DNA of 64,000 nt from the human T2T-CHM13v2.0 reference genome, Homo sapiens. The DNA is taken from NCBI RefSeq assembly GCF_009914755.1, contig NC_060937.1, one strand, 5' to 3'. Of the stretch, positions 1 through 14,805 are shown in pieces (within the stretch, counting starts at the first letter, position 1; the number at the start of each line of letters is the position of its first letter). The translations under genes and the position numbers were made by a program. The notes below the pieces were generated by a model. The model did no database searches. It saw only the letters and a list, made by a program, of their open reading frames with translations, and was not told the DNA's origin.

Positions 1-145
1 AAGACTCAAAAGACAAGACTATGGAGAGGGCTCAGAAAGAAAGTCACAGAGTCCCAGAGACAGTTTCTTTTAGAAGAGCAAAGGTTTTGTTGAGGACTTA
101 GCCAGGACAAGGAACCCTCACAGGAAGGAACTCAAGAGAATTAAT

Positions 146-830
<685 letters not shown>

Positions 831-1939
831 TCACTTTTCTCGCCAAAATGACTATGAAACTCACTGAAATCTAACTCACTGATGCTACAGGTCCACTTCT
901 AGGAGCTGAGAGCGGAGCAAACAATGTTGGAAAGTAGATCTAGTGGGGACAATGGACGCCTGAGATATCTTCATTTCTGAAGTAAGAGCACTGAAGTTCA
1001 GAGAGATTCATACCCTGAGTGGTAGATATACCTGAGAATGTTTATATAATCATTTCATGCTATTATTTCATTTAGTCTCCTACACCTACTCCTGACCTAC
1101 AAAGAAAATATTAGATCTATTATGTACATCTAATATTACTCTTTTAAGATAATATTAAACTATCATCACTATTCATTACTGAAGATTTAAGAAAATACTT
1201 TTAACCAGTTCTTTGTACACCCATAACAGAATATATTCTTATGTTGATGAGAAATCCATATATATGCATAAACACTAATTTTTTTCAATAATCTAAAACT
1301 CTGGCCTTAAATTTTTCCAATAATATGTTTACAGCTGAAAATATTATCATCACAATTATATGGTAAGAATGTCTATGTAATTGGTTTATTTAAAGATACA
1401 AACTTTATTAGAAGCTCAAAGGTAATGCAAAGTCAGACACATGGGTTGAGTCCCAAATATGCCTTCTGTTCTCTTTATGATTCACAGTTTATGGGTCTAT
1501 AGTTTTACAATCAATGACACCAAACCTGTTGTTACGTGGGTCACGGTAAAGCAATTAATTAGCTAATACCAATATTTCCGTGTCTTTTTCTGACTTTCAG
1601 AGAATGGAATTGAGAGCTACCTGACTCTTGCTACATTCCCGTAACTAGTATATCATTTATTCTAGTAAATGATTAAGTACAATTAAGTATTTCTGAAGTT
1701 ATGTTTTTAGAAAAAATTACTATCAGTATAAAACCTCTTGCAAACTAATACATCTGTCTCATAGAAAATACTTAAAGCCACTCTTTCCTGAACACTGTAG
1801 TATATGTGCTTGAATAATAAGTGCATCTACTGATAAATAATAAGTGCATCTGCAAATCCAATCTTCCTAGGTAATATAATTCTTTTTTTAGACCTTGATA
1901 ATTTCATTCATTGTTAGGAATTGAAAGCTTTATCTTATA

Positions 1940-2775
1940 TTACATCCTTATCCCCAGGTTAGATGTGCATCTGCCAACCCACGGTTTGCATGAATTGTCC
2001 CTTGAATCTCTCAAAGTCAGCGTGTCCTGAGTTGACTTCACCATTTCTTTAGCTTGCCCAGCGGAGCCACCATCTAGACATTTGGGTCAGTCTGTACTCT
2101 GGATGTCATCCTTAGCATTTAAATCTTCTTCATCCTCCTTGTTTGAATCCTGTCTATTGTAACTCCTTTTTTTTCTATTTTCTTCATCCTATCATCCCAA
2201 AATTAGCTTATCCTCCTTGTTTTTCAACTGGATCATTGTAACAGCCTCCCAGTTATTATCTGCGTGTCTCATTTTGCCCTCACTGATCTGTTGTCCATAA
2301 TTGGGCCCAAATGTTATGTTTTTTAAAGTCAATCTATCTGATAACAAAGTTTCCCTTTTTAATTTTTCTATTTGGGACATTCATGGTCTGACATCATCTC
2401 TCTCTCTCTCTCTCTTCTTCCTGCACTGGTGGATCTTGTTGAATAAATGCACTTTTCCAAATGTGTTCAAGTCACTACCTTTCTTCCTGCAATATCTTCT
2501 TCCTCTCTCTTCCCATGGCCAATCTCTAGTTGAAATTTTGGATTCACTCTAGCCCTTTCCTCTTCCAGTAATGGTTCCATGACTGCCCAGTTTTTCCTCA
2601 TGTGTGATAACACAGCACTTGGAATCTACCGGCACATGGCCGCAGTCATTACACAGCTCTGCTGAACATGTCCATGTCACCCACTGCAGGGCAAGCTCCA
2701 GAATGCAGGGGCTTATCTGGAGGACCCCAGCAGCTCATTTAGCAGCTAGAATATATCTGCCAATCAATGAACGCA
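1940..2775 (+). mobile_element. L2 3' region fragments (highly diverged)
   Basis: Motifs resembling L2 consensus (ctcaaagtcagcgtgtcc, ggatcattgtaacagcctcc, gcaagctccagaatgcagggg); boundaries approximate. Confidence 0.6.
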
Positions 2776-3664
2776 GTTTGATTGTATCCTTTTTTTAAAA
2801 AAAAAAAATTTTGTCACATAGACAGAAGGCTTGCCCAATTGCTGAAGGATAGTGGCAACCGGAAAGCGTTTGTGGAAAAAAAAAATCAACAATATATGAT
2901 AATTATTGAAATTCTGGCCTGGAGGTTGGCCATAATAGAAAGCAAATATGGTTAACCTAGTTAAGTTAATGGAACCTTAATTAGATAGCAGAGAAACTCC
3001 AGTGTCTGTCACAAGTGCCATTCTGACTGTGGTGAGGAAACTGTCAGGGGGTGACACAGAGCTCTGTGTGACTTGACCTCTCCCTCGGGTTGCCGTGGAG
3101 TGGATCACAGGCTTATCTGAACTGGATCAAGAGAAGAAATAAGAATTAGGAAACACGATGAAATAACAGAAGGAAATTTTGTGTGTGTATACAAGTAAAG
3201 GACAAGAGAGATCATGATATTACAATTAAAATTTTAGTGGCTTGGCTTGAATTTACTAAAATTAAATTTTGATAAGACTGTGATCTCTACTCCACAGTTT
3301 AATTACAACAATAAGTACAGAGTGATTTCACAATTTTTGAAAATCTCTTTTGCTTTAAAAAGTACTTCATTAATTCAGTTACAAATGGGTATGAATGTCG
3401 TCAGGCAATTCCTGTCTTAAAATCATAAAAAGTTCCACCTTACAGGATAAAATCTTTATACACAGATCGTTTATTGTTGGGAAACTATGCTTACTTCATC
3501 TTTATCTCATCATTTCTTTGTCATTCTGGATCATGAGATATACAGGCTAGAAAGAGCAAGAGTGAAAAAGAACAGAGACATAGTAAGCAATGGCTACACC
3601 CCAAACACCATCACTTTTTTGTTCTTTTTTAAGCATCAAAATCATACTAAAATGGAAGCAAACA

Positions 3665-3810
3665 TTCTTTTTCCATGTTAGAGATAATAAAACTGAGACT
3701 CAGACAGATTCTTTTTCAGGGTGATATAGCTACAAAGTGGCAAAATCAGAACTGGCACCCAGGTCTCCCAGCCGAATGCCCATGCTCTCTGCACGGCAAT
3801 ATGCTGCCAG
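3665..3810 (-). mobile_element. MIR
   Basis: MIR core in reverse: ccatgttagagataataaaactgagactcagacag...cccaggtct. Confidence 0.7.
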
Positions 3811-5159
3811 GGAGTTGGTTATATTCACCTAAATTCCTGGTGAACTGTAATAATCTGGACAGAAACTTGTCAACCAACTATTATGTCTTGAGTTACGTAT
3901 ATAGGCAAATAAGGATAAAAGAAACTAAACTTTTGTTTAGGAAAATTAAAATGGCAAATTGTGCTATTCAGGACTCATTCACTCCCTTGTACACTGTACA
4001 CAATATTTGAAAATGTTCAATAGTGCAGGTTTACAGTGCTGCCTCCATAAAATTACTGCTATCTTACAATGCAAAACCATCAAGACTCATAGACCATAGG
4101 CTAATTTAGGAAACTAGAGTGGTTCAGACATAATATTTAAGAATTTTCCTGAAGCATTTACAGAATGGCAACCATCAATGTTTATTAAGTACTTTATACC
4201 AAGCACTACTCAAAGTCTTTCACGTGTATTTACATATACAACTTGGCTAAAATAAAATAAAAAGTATTAAACATAACATGACAAAAAACATTTACAGAAA
4301 AAAGTGGAATAATACAGTACAAAGAATATGTCAAAATTAACTCTTAAATAGGCAACAAATTGAAGAAAGCATAAAGGGTGGATACTAAAATATTACAAAG
4401 ACTAATTTTATTTTGGAAGCTTAGATGAAAGCATTTATAGAATAAACTATACATTGTCTAATTAATTTAAATCTGTTCTGTAAGTAATCATTTACCCATC
4501 ATCTCCTATATGATGAAGTTTTACTGATGATGATGAAGATAAATTGAATAAAACAGGGCTGAAATCTGTATGTCAGATCACATACACATAATTCACTAAC
4601 AGCAACATGAAATGAGTCATGGCAAGATGTGTCTATTGCATAGTTATTAAAATAGCATAGCAATTCTGCATACATTTATGCGAATAAAAGAAGCAGCTGT
4701 TTCACCATGTTCATAGTTAACCAAGGAGTGTTAATTTTTAGCCATCTATGGGTACAGTATTAAATGGATTTGGGGAAAAAATGCATAGAAAATGGGTGCA
4801 GGTTAGGGCCTTATTTTAGAGGTCTTTTAGTTATATAATATACAGGCTAAATAAAAATCTATAAACATAGACTTATAACAGTGTTACATCATATTAAAAA
4901 TACAGGATTCTTATTCTCTAAAGAGCTTACAGCACCATTAGGAAAAATCATAAGACAGTATAGCAAAAACAGCATCTGATCCTAAGATAATCCTGGAAGG
5001 AGATGGTGAAAACTACCCACAAACCTAAAAATGTTATTAGTCTCATATACTTTTTAAAAAGGTTGTAAAGGTGGCAAATGGAAAAATAAAATCCACCTTT
5101 TCCTATTTATTTTGCTTATTTAATATAGAAAAAATGTAAAGTTACTAATATTCAGGTTT

Positions 5160-5510
5160 GTTGCAACTACAGTATGATTGGTGAGAATATAAAATGGTAA
5201 AAATGTTTTTGCCAAAAGTTTGGCAATATTTATCAAATATTCCCTAAAATTTGTAATAGCTTAAAATGGCTATGCTGTTAATGGAAACAGCAAAATTAAA
5301 AGTATCATCTACAGTACAATCCTGATTTTTCAAAAAGACAAAAACTATGTACCTGTCTATCATATCTAGCTAGCTAGCTAGCTATCAATCATCTATGTCT
5401 TCACTCTATAGTGATTACTCCTGGGGCATGGGTGATTATCGTTTTAGACTTTAGGCTTTTGTCAAGTTTTCCACAAGGGCATGTCATACTTTTGTAATTA
5501 GATATATTTT
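5160..5510 (+). mobile_element. Old L1M(E) 3' fragments
   Basis: ttggtgagaatataaaatggta...tttggcaatatttatcaaa and 3' end-like agttttccacaagggcatgtcatacttttgtaat. Confidence 0.45.
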
Positions 5511-5712
5511 TAATGCAGAAACCCAAAAAACATTAGTTTAGGCTATATGATGATCCTTTGGTTCTTCTAATGGATATTTTATTTTTAAAATTCCTTTTGC
5601 AGTAAGTCATAAAAAGAATTGTACTCAGAATTGACAAAAATATAATGTTGTGAACAAATAATAATGAGTTTACCAAGAATCCTTACATTTGAAGCACATG
5701 AAACACAGACTC

Positions 5713-6042
<330 letters not shown>

Positions 6043-6094
6043 TTAATTTTTTATCAATATGCAAATGAAACACATAAGTGGAATTTTAAAATGT

Positions 6095-6564
6095 TGTCCC
6101 ACTTTGGCTCTGAGGAAGCTTGGGTTGAGCCACAAGAAAGCAGGTCTTACTATGCTCAAAGACCAAGAAGCTATCTCAGAATTTTGTCTCTCTTATCAAG
6201 TACACTACTAATCCTATTTGATCCATACTAAAACTTTGTAACCTATCATGATGCATATTTTTAAAATCTTTACAAACGTAATTCCAGACATGGATTATTT
6301 TAATACCATACATATGACATTTAGTAAAATTATAATAGATTTTTCCTCAAGTCCATGCCACTTTTCAGGAGAACTAAAGACAAAATGTGAAAGTGTCGCG
6401 GTGTCACTCAGCAATACTCACAAGATCCACTTCTCCCCCACAAACAGATCTTTATAAAACACAAATTTGTACAAATTTATAAAATTTACATCTTGGTATC
6501 TGAGCCTAGTAAGATCTGCTTTCCTATGGCTCAACCCAAACTTCCTCAGGACCAAAATGGGACA
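6095..6564. repeat. 74-bp inverted repeat (arms 6095-6168 and 6491-6564)
   Basis: Manual ungapped alignment of arm 1 with reverse complement of arm 2: 64/74 identical. Confidence 0.92.
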
Positions 6565-6817
6565 TTGTAAGTGCAGTGTCCACATACTCTGACATTAAAT
6601 TGCCAAACTACTATCACCATGACAATCTTTCTAGACACGAGTTTGACTTAATGAAATAAAAATGTGTTTATAGGTTTCCAGATGTATGTTAGTTAAAGTT
6701 CATAAAAGAGTGAAACACTTATGTAACAGTCACACTAACTAAAGGCTTTGGTGATATAATTTCATGTTTTATAATGTACCCAAAATTACACTTTTTAAGC
6801 TTAATTCTTTTTAATCA

Positions 6818-6983
6818 TTTTGTTTGTTTGTTTGTTTAGACACAGGGTCTCACTCTGTCACCCAGGCAGGAGTGCAGTGACAAAATCATAGCTCACTACA
6901 GCCATGTATACTGGCCTCAAGGAATCCCCCGCCTTGGCCTCCCAAAGCACTAGGATTACAGGCGTGAACCACTGAGCCTGGCC
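6818..6983 (-). mobile_element. Alu monomer (FRAM/FAM-like)
   Basis: Single monomer: (TTTG)n tail, acagggtctcactctgtcacccagg...ctcccaaagcactaggattacaggcgtga. Confidence 0.85.
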
Positions 6984-7958
6984 TCTTTTTGATTCTGTAG
7001 CTCCAATGTCCTTAATTTGTAAATAATATTTATGGACATCAGTGAGATTTGTAAATACAACCACAAATAAAACCTTTCTTTTATTTGGTAAGATCCAAAG
7101 TATCATGTTTTTGGTAATAACTTATATAGTTTGACATTAATAAGAGACAGTTGAAGGAATACAGAAAATAATCAGAAAGCTTGTTCTGTGCCCTTTTAAC
7201 TCAAAGTGATCCAGTTTATTTCAACAGGATAGCAGGGCTGTTGATTTTTTCATACGCTCCATATTATGCCGCAATGCCATTAGAAGAAATAGTTATCCGT
7301 GAATATCTTATGTGTTGATAAGCACTCTCTACAACAACAGTGAAAAATTCACATTGTCAACACTAGAACTGGTTATGATGCAAGAATTGTCCTAACATAT
7401 AGCTAGGCTATGCATTTAGGGTTAGTCAATGCCATCTTAATGTATTTATCAAATATAATGATTCCACACACCCAATACCATGCAAAATGCTATTGTGAAC
7501 ATTTTACTTAATCTATTTTTATAATTTTCGCAAAGACACCAGTTGATGCCAGGTACACATCAAGTATCTCCTGCTTCTATTAAGAAGCAATGCTACTTCA
7601 ATTAAGGAATAGGTTTATGTCAAAATTTTAATATTAATATTTCTTTTTAAACCTCAACTTCAAACTTTCTGTCATTAACATGTCATAAGTTTGAGTCAGA
7701 ACTAGTTATTCTGAATCAATTTCTACTCTGATTTTGGGTTATAAAGTCTCTTCCACCCACATAGCCTATTATAAATTCTGGTATCCAGACACAAATAAAC
7801 CCACTTCAACTTAACTACTTTCTTTAGTCTGTAAATTGACAATGAATCACTAAAAGTTTTTTTTTTTTATTTTAGTCTTTGAAAGTTGCTTGAAATTGTC
7901 TGAAGAATAAAATGAGTGTGACTATGAATTTCACTAACTCATCTTATTCACTCTTATT

Positions 7959-8000
7959 TCAGATGAGATCAAGCACCCTCAGGACAATATGTCTGTAGAC
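7959..8000 (-). pseudogene. 5S rRNA tailless retropseudogene (first 42 nt of 5S)
   Basis: 30/42 ungapped identity to reverse complement of 5S nt 1-42, ending exactly at the 5S 5' end; flanking direct repeat 7944-7961 / 8001-8018 (15/18). Confidence 0.8.
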
Positions 8001-10689
8001 CTATTCATTCTTACTTCACAGCAAGGTAAAACGTAAACCATTCCAAACAGGAGAGAGAATTTCACTGTTTTAAAATATGTTCAGTCAAAGAGTTAAATGT
8101 CTTATTTATGTAAATGATTCCCACAGCCAATTTATATGTAACCTACAGCCAATTCATACTTAACCTGGATCCACGGGACTGCAACTTACACCTCATTTCC
8201 TGTTCTATGCCCTTGGAAATGAAGAACAAGAACAGCTGCCTGCCACTTTTACATTCAACATGAAAGCCCCTGGTTACGTCTCTAACTTGACTTTTCCTTT
8301 CCAATCTAAACCAGGGTTATTTTCCTGTAGGCTTTTGACTTGTCCCTCTTGAATAATCGTTGAGTCCTTTTTTCCCGGTACTATTAGAATTGCTCAGCCC
8401 TTGAACTGGAAAGAGGGAGACAAGGTATGAGAATGTTAATGATGACAGGGTAAATCTATTGTTCTCTAACTAGCATGCAGTGTTTTTTTTTTTTATTGCA
8501 GGAATTATAATGCTTAACAATATGTCAAAATATTATATTATTGAAAAACAAAAAAACATTTTCACCCACCAAAAAAAGAAAAAAAAAGAATCCTATTAAC
8601 ACCTGATATGCAATGCCAGTTTCTACAAGTATTCTTAAAGTCCACATAATTGAGTTAAAAAAAAAAAAACCTATCATCCCCATTTCCTACCTATAGGACA
8701 TTAGGAATAATGGCAACTCTATTACAGGATCATTGTAGGAATTTCAGATACTGTAAAGCAAACTTCTACCACATAGGAAGCACTGAATAATTATTTTTAT
8801 CTGTCCTTTTTGAGTTCTAATGTGAACGTTTGTACAATGTAGTCATGTCTAAAGCTATGTTTAAATTACACAAAATAATTGGTTTATTTTAATAAAAGGC
8901 AAATATTTTTCTGAACAAGTTCTTCTAACATTGAAGAGATAAGAAAATCTTTTGATGTACTGATTACCTTATTGCCTGAGAGTATAATAATGAGGACAAA
9001 AAGAAAAAAATATTTAAGAGGCACATTAATGTGTATACACATTAATTTCATAAGATGTTTATTTGCATACAAAAGTAATTGTAAAAAAGAATACACATTA
9101 AGTAAAATGGGTAAAAATTAGCTAAGATAATGTTAGACACATGCATTCGCAGTTTCTATTCAGAATGCAAGCGTAACTACAAACCATGCCTGTGTTTCTG
9201 GATAAAATAAAACATAGCCAAGCTAAATTTAGGTCAATCTCATTTTCTCATTCTCAGGCAACAACAACCAAAAACAAACAAACAAAAAACATCAATACAC
9301 ATCTTGCAAAGAAAGAGGGGGGAAAGCCACTGATCTGGGGAAGGGAAAAATTTTACAAAGCCTCATCATTCACGTGTAACTTACTGAGTTAGGTGCTATT
9401 TTTTTTTCACCTTAACACAGAGATTGGAAAGTGTCATTAAACAAATCAGTCCATCCCTCTCTAGTTTAAAGTTGTGCTTCCTCCTAGAACCTCACAGTTC
9501 TGCCATTTTAACAAGTTAGGTCCAAATTGCTGGAAGAAAATCCTTTACGCTTTTCTGTAAAAAGCTACTCTCTTCAAATCAGCTCAAAATTCAGAAGGTA
9601 GAAGGCTTTGTTCTTGCAGGATCTCCAGGTATTCCATTTATCTTAGCACAATGCTGTATACAATAATTATCATTGTTATTATCCTTAATAATACTATAGT
9701 TTATATAGCATTTGAATTTTACAATTTGCAAGCAAAGTTATCACAAGTTAGCTATGAATGGAAGTTTAACATACGTTTCCATTATTTCACTAACTATACT
9801 GTCCCTTGAACATAAAAGAAATTATTCTTCTCTAGTTTCATCTCAGTAGCATTGTGTTATGCCAATAGCAGTGAGGAATAATCCCCAAACACCATTCTCT
9901 TGCCTTGTTAAACATACATTTTTTCTTTATTTTCTTATTCTCTGTTTGAATATGGAGAAAAATCACCTATCACAGCAGATTGAATACTACTAGGCTTAAG
10001 GGATCTCAGTGTTGATATTGGTGAGTGTCTTATTGTAGTCCTAAGCCACGATTTTTTAAAGAAATCAAATATTGATGGTTAAGGCATTTTTTAACAATCC
10101 AACAGGTTTAATGCTAATATAAGGTAATCTTTGTGTGTGGTGATGTATAGATTAATAATCCCCCTTAAATATATTTCCCTCTTCAAATTTAAAGCCATAA
10201 TTATAGGATTTCATTTCATGTGTTTTATGTAGTTTGGGTCTTCTAACTTCTTGAGCCCGGTAATAAATTCACAATAGTTTTTGTTCACATCAAATAACAT
10301 CCAATTTGTCAACATTTATCTTTTATTTTTCTGGGATTGCTCAGCTACATTCATTAATTGAATTTTGGAGGCCTTGATGTAATACTTTTGTGTAATGTTT
10401 TGTTTTAAGATAATCTTTTTGCCTTCATTATTTTCTGAGCATTTTTATTTTCTCTCATTCGATGTGAACAAATGATTGAGATGTATTTAATATCACTTTT
10501 CACTGGTCAAGATTTAATTATATTTTGTGATTTCAACTCCATCTAAAATTTCTGTGAAATTTGTATTTCTTCCAACAGTTATTAATAAGTCTGAAAGTAC
10601 TACTCTCGCTGCTTTATTGATCCTTTGTGTCGTTCCCCTTCCCTGCATGTTGGTGTTACTTCTCTATGCTGTTAGGGTGGTCCTTCCTC

Positions 10690-11100
10690 CTTCACCAATC
10701 ATAAAATACCTCCCTGCTATCTTCCCAACAGTCCCCATTCCAACTTATTCTCCATGACGTTATCAGAGTACTTTTCTAAAATATCATTCTGAATTATCAG
10801 TTAGGCTTACCTGAATAAAAACATAAACGACACCCCTCTAATTACAGAATGAAGAAAAACTCCTTAACAGAGAATACTAACCTCTGGCACACTCATACTC
10901 TTCCATCACCTTATTTTACCATATTTTACACGTGCCCAATACTTCTGTCATACTCATACCTTTATTCTCCACAAAACACCAAACTTCCTCAGCCATTTCC
11001 ACAAATGCATGCCCTTCACAACCTGAAATGTACTCCAGCTGCTCATGAACCCCATGTTTGTTTCAAAGATCATGGCCACCAAAAAGCTTTCTGAGCCAGG
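10690..11100 (+). mobile_element. L2 fragment
   Basis: cttattctccatgacgttatcagagtacttttctaaaatatc...cagaatgaagaaaaactccttaac resembles the L2 3' region. Confidence 0.55.
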
Positions 11101-11106
11101 AGGTGA

Positions 11107-11519
<413 letters not shown>

Positions 11520-14465
11520 CACCTCCTGTTTTTCAACCCCAGTCTGTATAAACATTTGCTTAGTAAGTAATCCACAAATATTTACTAAGAATGTACGATA
11601 CATGAGTCAGTGTTCTGGGCACTGGGGCTTTATCAATGAACACAACACATCTTCATGGACGTTCCAGTCTGGTTGAAGAATGAATGAAACTCACAAGCTA
11701 AAATATTGTTGATTTTCAGATTTTATATTTGAAGATAAATTTCATTTAATTTATTTTCAAATATCTAATTTTGGGGAAGATAAAAAGAATAAAAGTAAAA
11801 AAAAAAATTTTATCAATCCAAAGAATCAATCTTATATTTGAATAACAAATGTGAACCATACTTTTTGTTATTTTTCTATTCTTGACCTAAGAATACTTTC
11901 AATGGAACTAATGAAATGCATTTTAATATAAATGGCCCAAGATGGCTTTTCTTTTCTACATTTAAAAAATTTGAAAGCAATTTGAACCAATTTAAACAGC
12001 ATATCCCATTTTCCTCAACTTGGAATAAGCAGATTGTATTCAGGTATATTGCTATGCTATGAAAACCAATATTTTTGGCCACAGAGACATGATGATGTAT
12101 AATAAAGGATTCATAATTTTCCCCATGATTTAGGCTTTCTGGTTTCATTCTTTGGAATATGGGGCGCTACGGCATCTGTCCATTCAACAACAATGAGTAG
12201 AGAATATCAATGGTTGATTGCAGCCAATTTTAGTTTTGTGTATTTTCTTGTCCTTTGCATGCAAAATTACTTTTCAGAGGGCACAATTAGTAAAATGTAC
12301 ATTAAATATATGTTGCCAGTTTAGTATGCTAACTTCTTCTCTCTAGAGGTTAATACATTTTCCATTCAGAATTGAGATGCTATTTATAAAATTAATAACA
12401 AAAATTCTCTAATATATTAACAGAATTTTCTGAAACTAGAATTGCAAAATGTTACAATATTATGTTGAGGTAGCACAATTATTATCAATCTCTTCTTTCC
12501 TTCCCTTATCAATCTCTTCTTTCTTTCCCTATCATCTTATATATCCTTCCTTTACTTCAGTTCTCGTGTTTGTGTTCCTCACCTTTTCTTCTGAATTTTG
12601 AAATATATTTAAGAAGCAGATTAACAAGTGATTACAATTTAATTTATTAGAAAACAACCCCAAGGAATTCAGACCAAAAATTCTATCAGTTTGGAATGTA
12701 TTTACAGTTTTGTCTTAAGCATTTCTAAATAGAGTTTGCCACTATGAGATAAGACAATACTTCATTTGCAGGCTAAGTCTTTCTAGCTAAGTCCTACTTT
12801 GAATACAGTCTGTAGTCCATGAAATCCTGGCAATAAGGAAAAACAAACTGCCCCCAAATATTGTAGAACAAAACGCAACTTTTTCAAAATAGAAATAACA
12901 GTAAACACATACATCGTAGCCTTTTGAGCACCTATATATGTCAGGAATATTATGTTTTCTCTTTTAAGCTCACAAGTGCCTTATAATTAGTCTCATTTTA
13001 GAGAAATACTGAGCCTTAGAGAGCCCTATATAATACAAGTCCTGTGACCCGGAAATTGCAGACTTAGTAGTCCACATCGGCTTGCTCATTCCCCAAAGCC
13101 TCTGCCCTTAAACACTGTATATCCACTGTCTTCTACTTAGTACCTAATCCACACACAGTAGATCAAGGGAAGCCTTGAAAAAATGAGTGTGGCGTCAGAC
13201 ATTTCCTGTAGTGATTTTAACAGCTCTGTAGGGATATGAAAGCATGCATTACAAAATCTTAAAATATTATGTTGGTTTAGCCACAGACTCCTCTCATTGT
13301 GCCCTGTTTACAGCTCCTTTTATGAGGCTGGCTCAGCAGAAGATCCCTTGCAGGTACGGAGATGAAAGTGACATGCCTGTAAATGAGGTGATATGTGGGA
13401 AAGTGCTCACTGAGCTCAATGCCACGTACATGATATACACTCAGTAAACACCAGTTTTCTTGAATCTTTCTTTTCCTCATATATTTGAACATGGAAATGA
13501 TGAAGTCAGCTTTTCTACATCACATCCCCCCAAACACCACCATCATTGCTTAGAAACAAGAAGTTTGCACTCACAATTCACTTTTACAAATAATTCTTAC
13601 CTTTTAAAAGGCTTGTTTTGCTTATAATAAATCTTATGGTAGAAGGATCTATGGGCTGATTATTAGATGCTTTAAGAATAGAAACTGCAGATGTTAAAAT
13701 GTTTAAAGACAAAAAGCAATCAAAAGAATATTGATAATTTGAAAAGTGTGTTAAGATTAGGTCAGTGGATGAAAGCAAAAGAGCAACCTCGGGGTTCCAG
13801 ATATTTTTCAGGTTCCCTTTACTTTGTAGAGGAAGGTAAACACAACAGCAATAACAATGACAAAAAATCAGGTGAAAAATCTCTAGAATTTCAGTTACAT
13901 ATTTTGTAACTAATTACTGTAGAGAAACAGGAATGTATGAGGAAGCAAAATGGATTGAAGAAAGCTGGAAAAAGAAAAAAATATTGAGAGAGGAAGAAAA
14001 CAAGGATGAAGAAAAGGAAGAAAGGGCGGAGAGGGAGGTGCTAATGTTTATTCTGAAGAACCAAACTATGCCTAATTCTTCTTTTGAAATCTCCGCACTT
14101 AAGGAGCATGTAGTTGATAATTGTTGGTGGGTAGAAATACAGAACTAAGGAAGAGAAAAAAGAGAAAGATACAAAGAAAAGGGAAGCAGAGTGTGGTCTG
14201 AAGTTTTGTCTCAGGTGTCATTTACAATTGCACTTTGCCTGGCTGTCGTGAACATGAAAATTAAAGACTGAGCAAAGCAGATTGTTGAAGATACTTTACT
14301 TGCAAATTTGACACTGTGTAGAAAACCAACTTGAATGATTTTATCGTATTTTTATTGTTATTATTATCATATCACTTTTTCAGGAGTTCTGTCATGATTT
14401 ACACTCATGGAATTAAGTAAAATGAATTTAAATATAGTAAACTACACTAAGTTTAAATAGAAATA

Positions 14466-14559
14466 AAAATGAGTCCCTAAACAACAAATTTAATAAACTT
14501 CAATGTGTACCATCATAAACCAAGCATTTGCATCTGAATTAACTAATTTAAGTCTCATA
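14466..14559 (+). repeat. Copy 1 of 94-bp dispersed direct duplication
   Basis: 84/94 ungapped identity with 17731-17824. Confidence 0.9.
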
Positions 14560-14569
14560 GTAATAAGTA

Positions 14570-14805
14570 TAGTTTACTGTATTTAATATAATATACAATA
14601 TATAATAAATTATGTAATATAATATATATATTATATAATTATATAATACATATAAGATATATAATATATAATACATCATATTGTATTTTATTGGTAATAA
14701 AATATATTATGTATCATATAATACATATAAGATGTTATAATTATATAATATATGATATAATATATAATACAGTGTATAATATAGTTTATTATATTTAAAT
14801 ATAGT
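14570..14805. repeat. AT-rich low-complexity (ATATA/TATAA) tract
   Basis: Degenerate TA-rich repeats visible directly. Confidence 0.85.

Noticed and set aside
12131-12142. TAGGCTTTCTGG match to the U7 snRNA 3' stem
   Set aside because: 12 nt only; no Sm site or complementary stem arm
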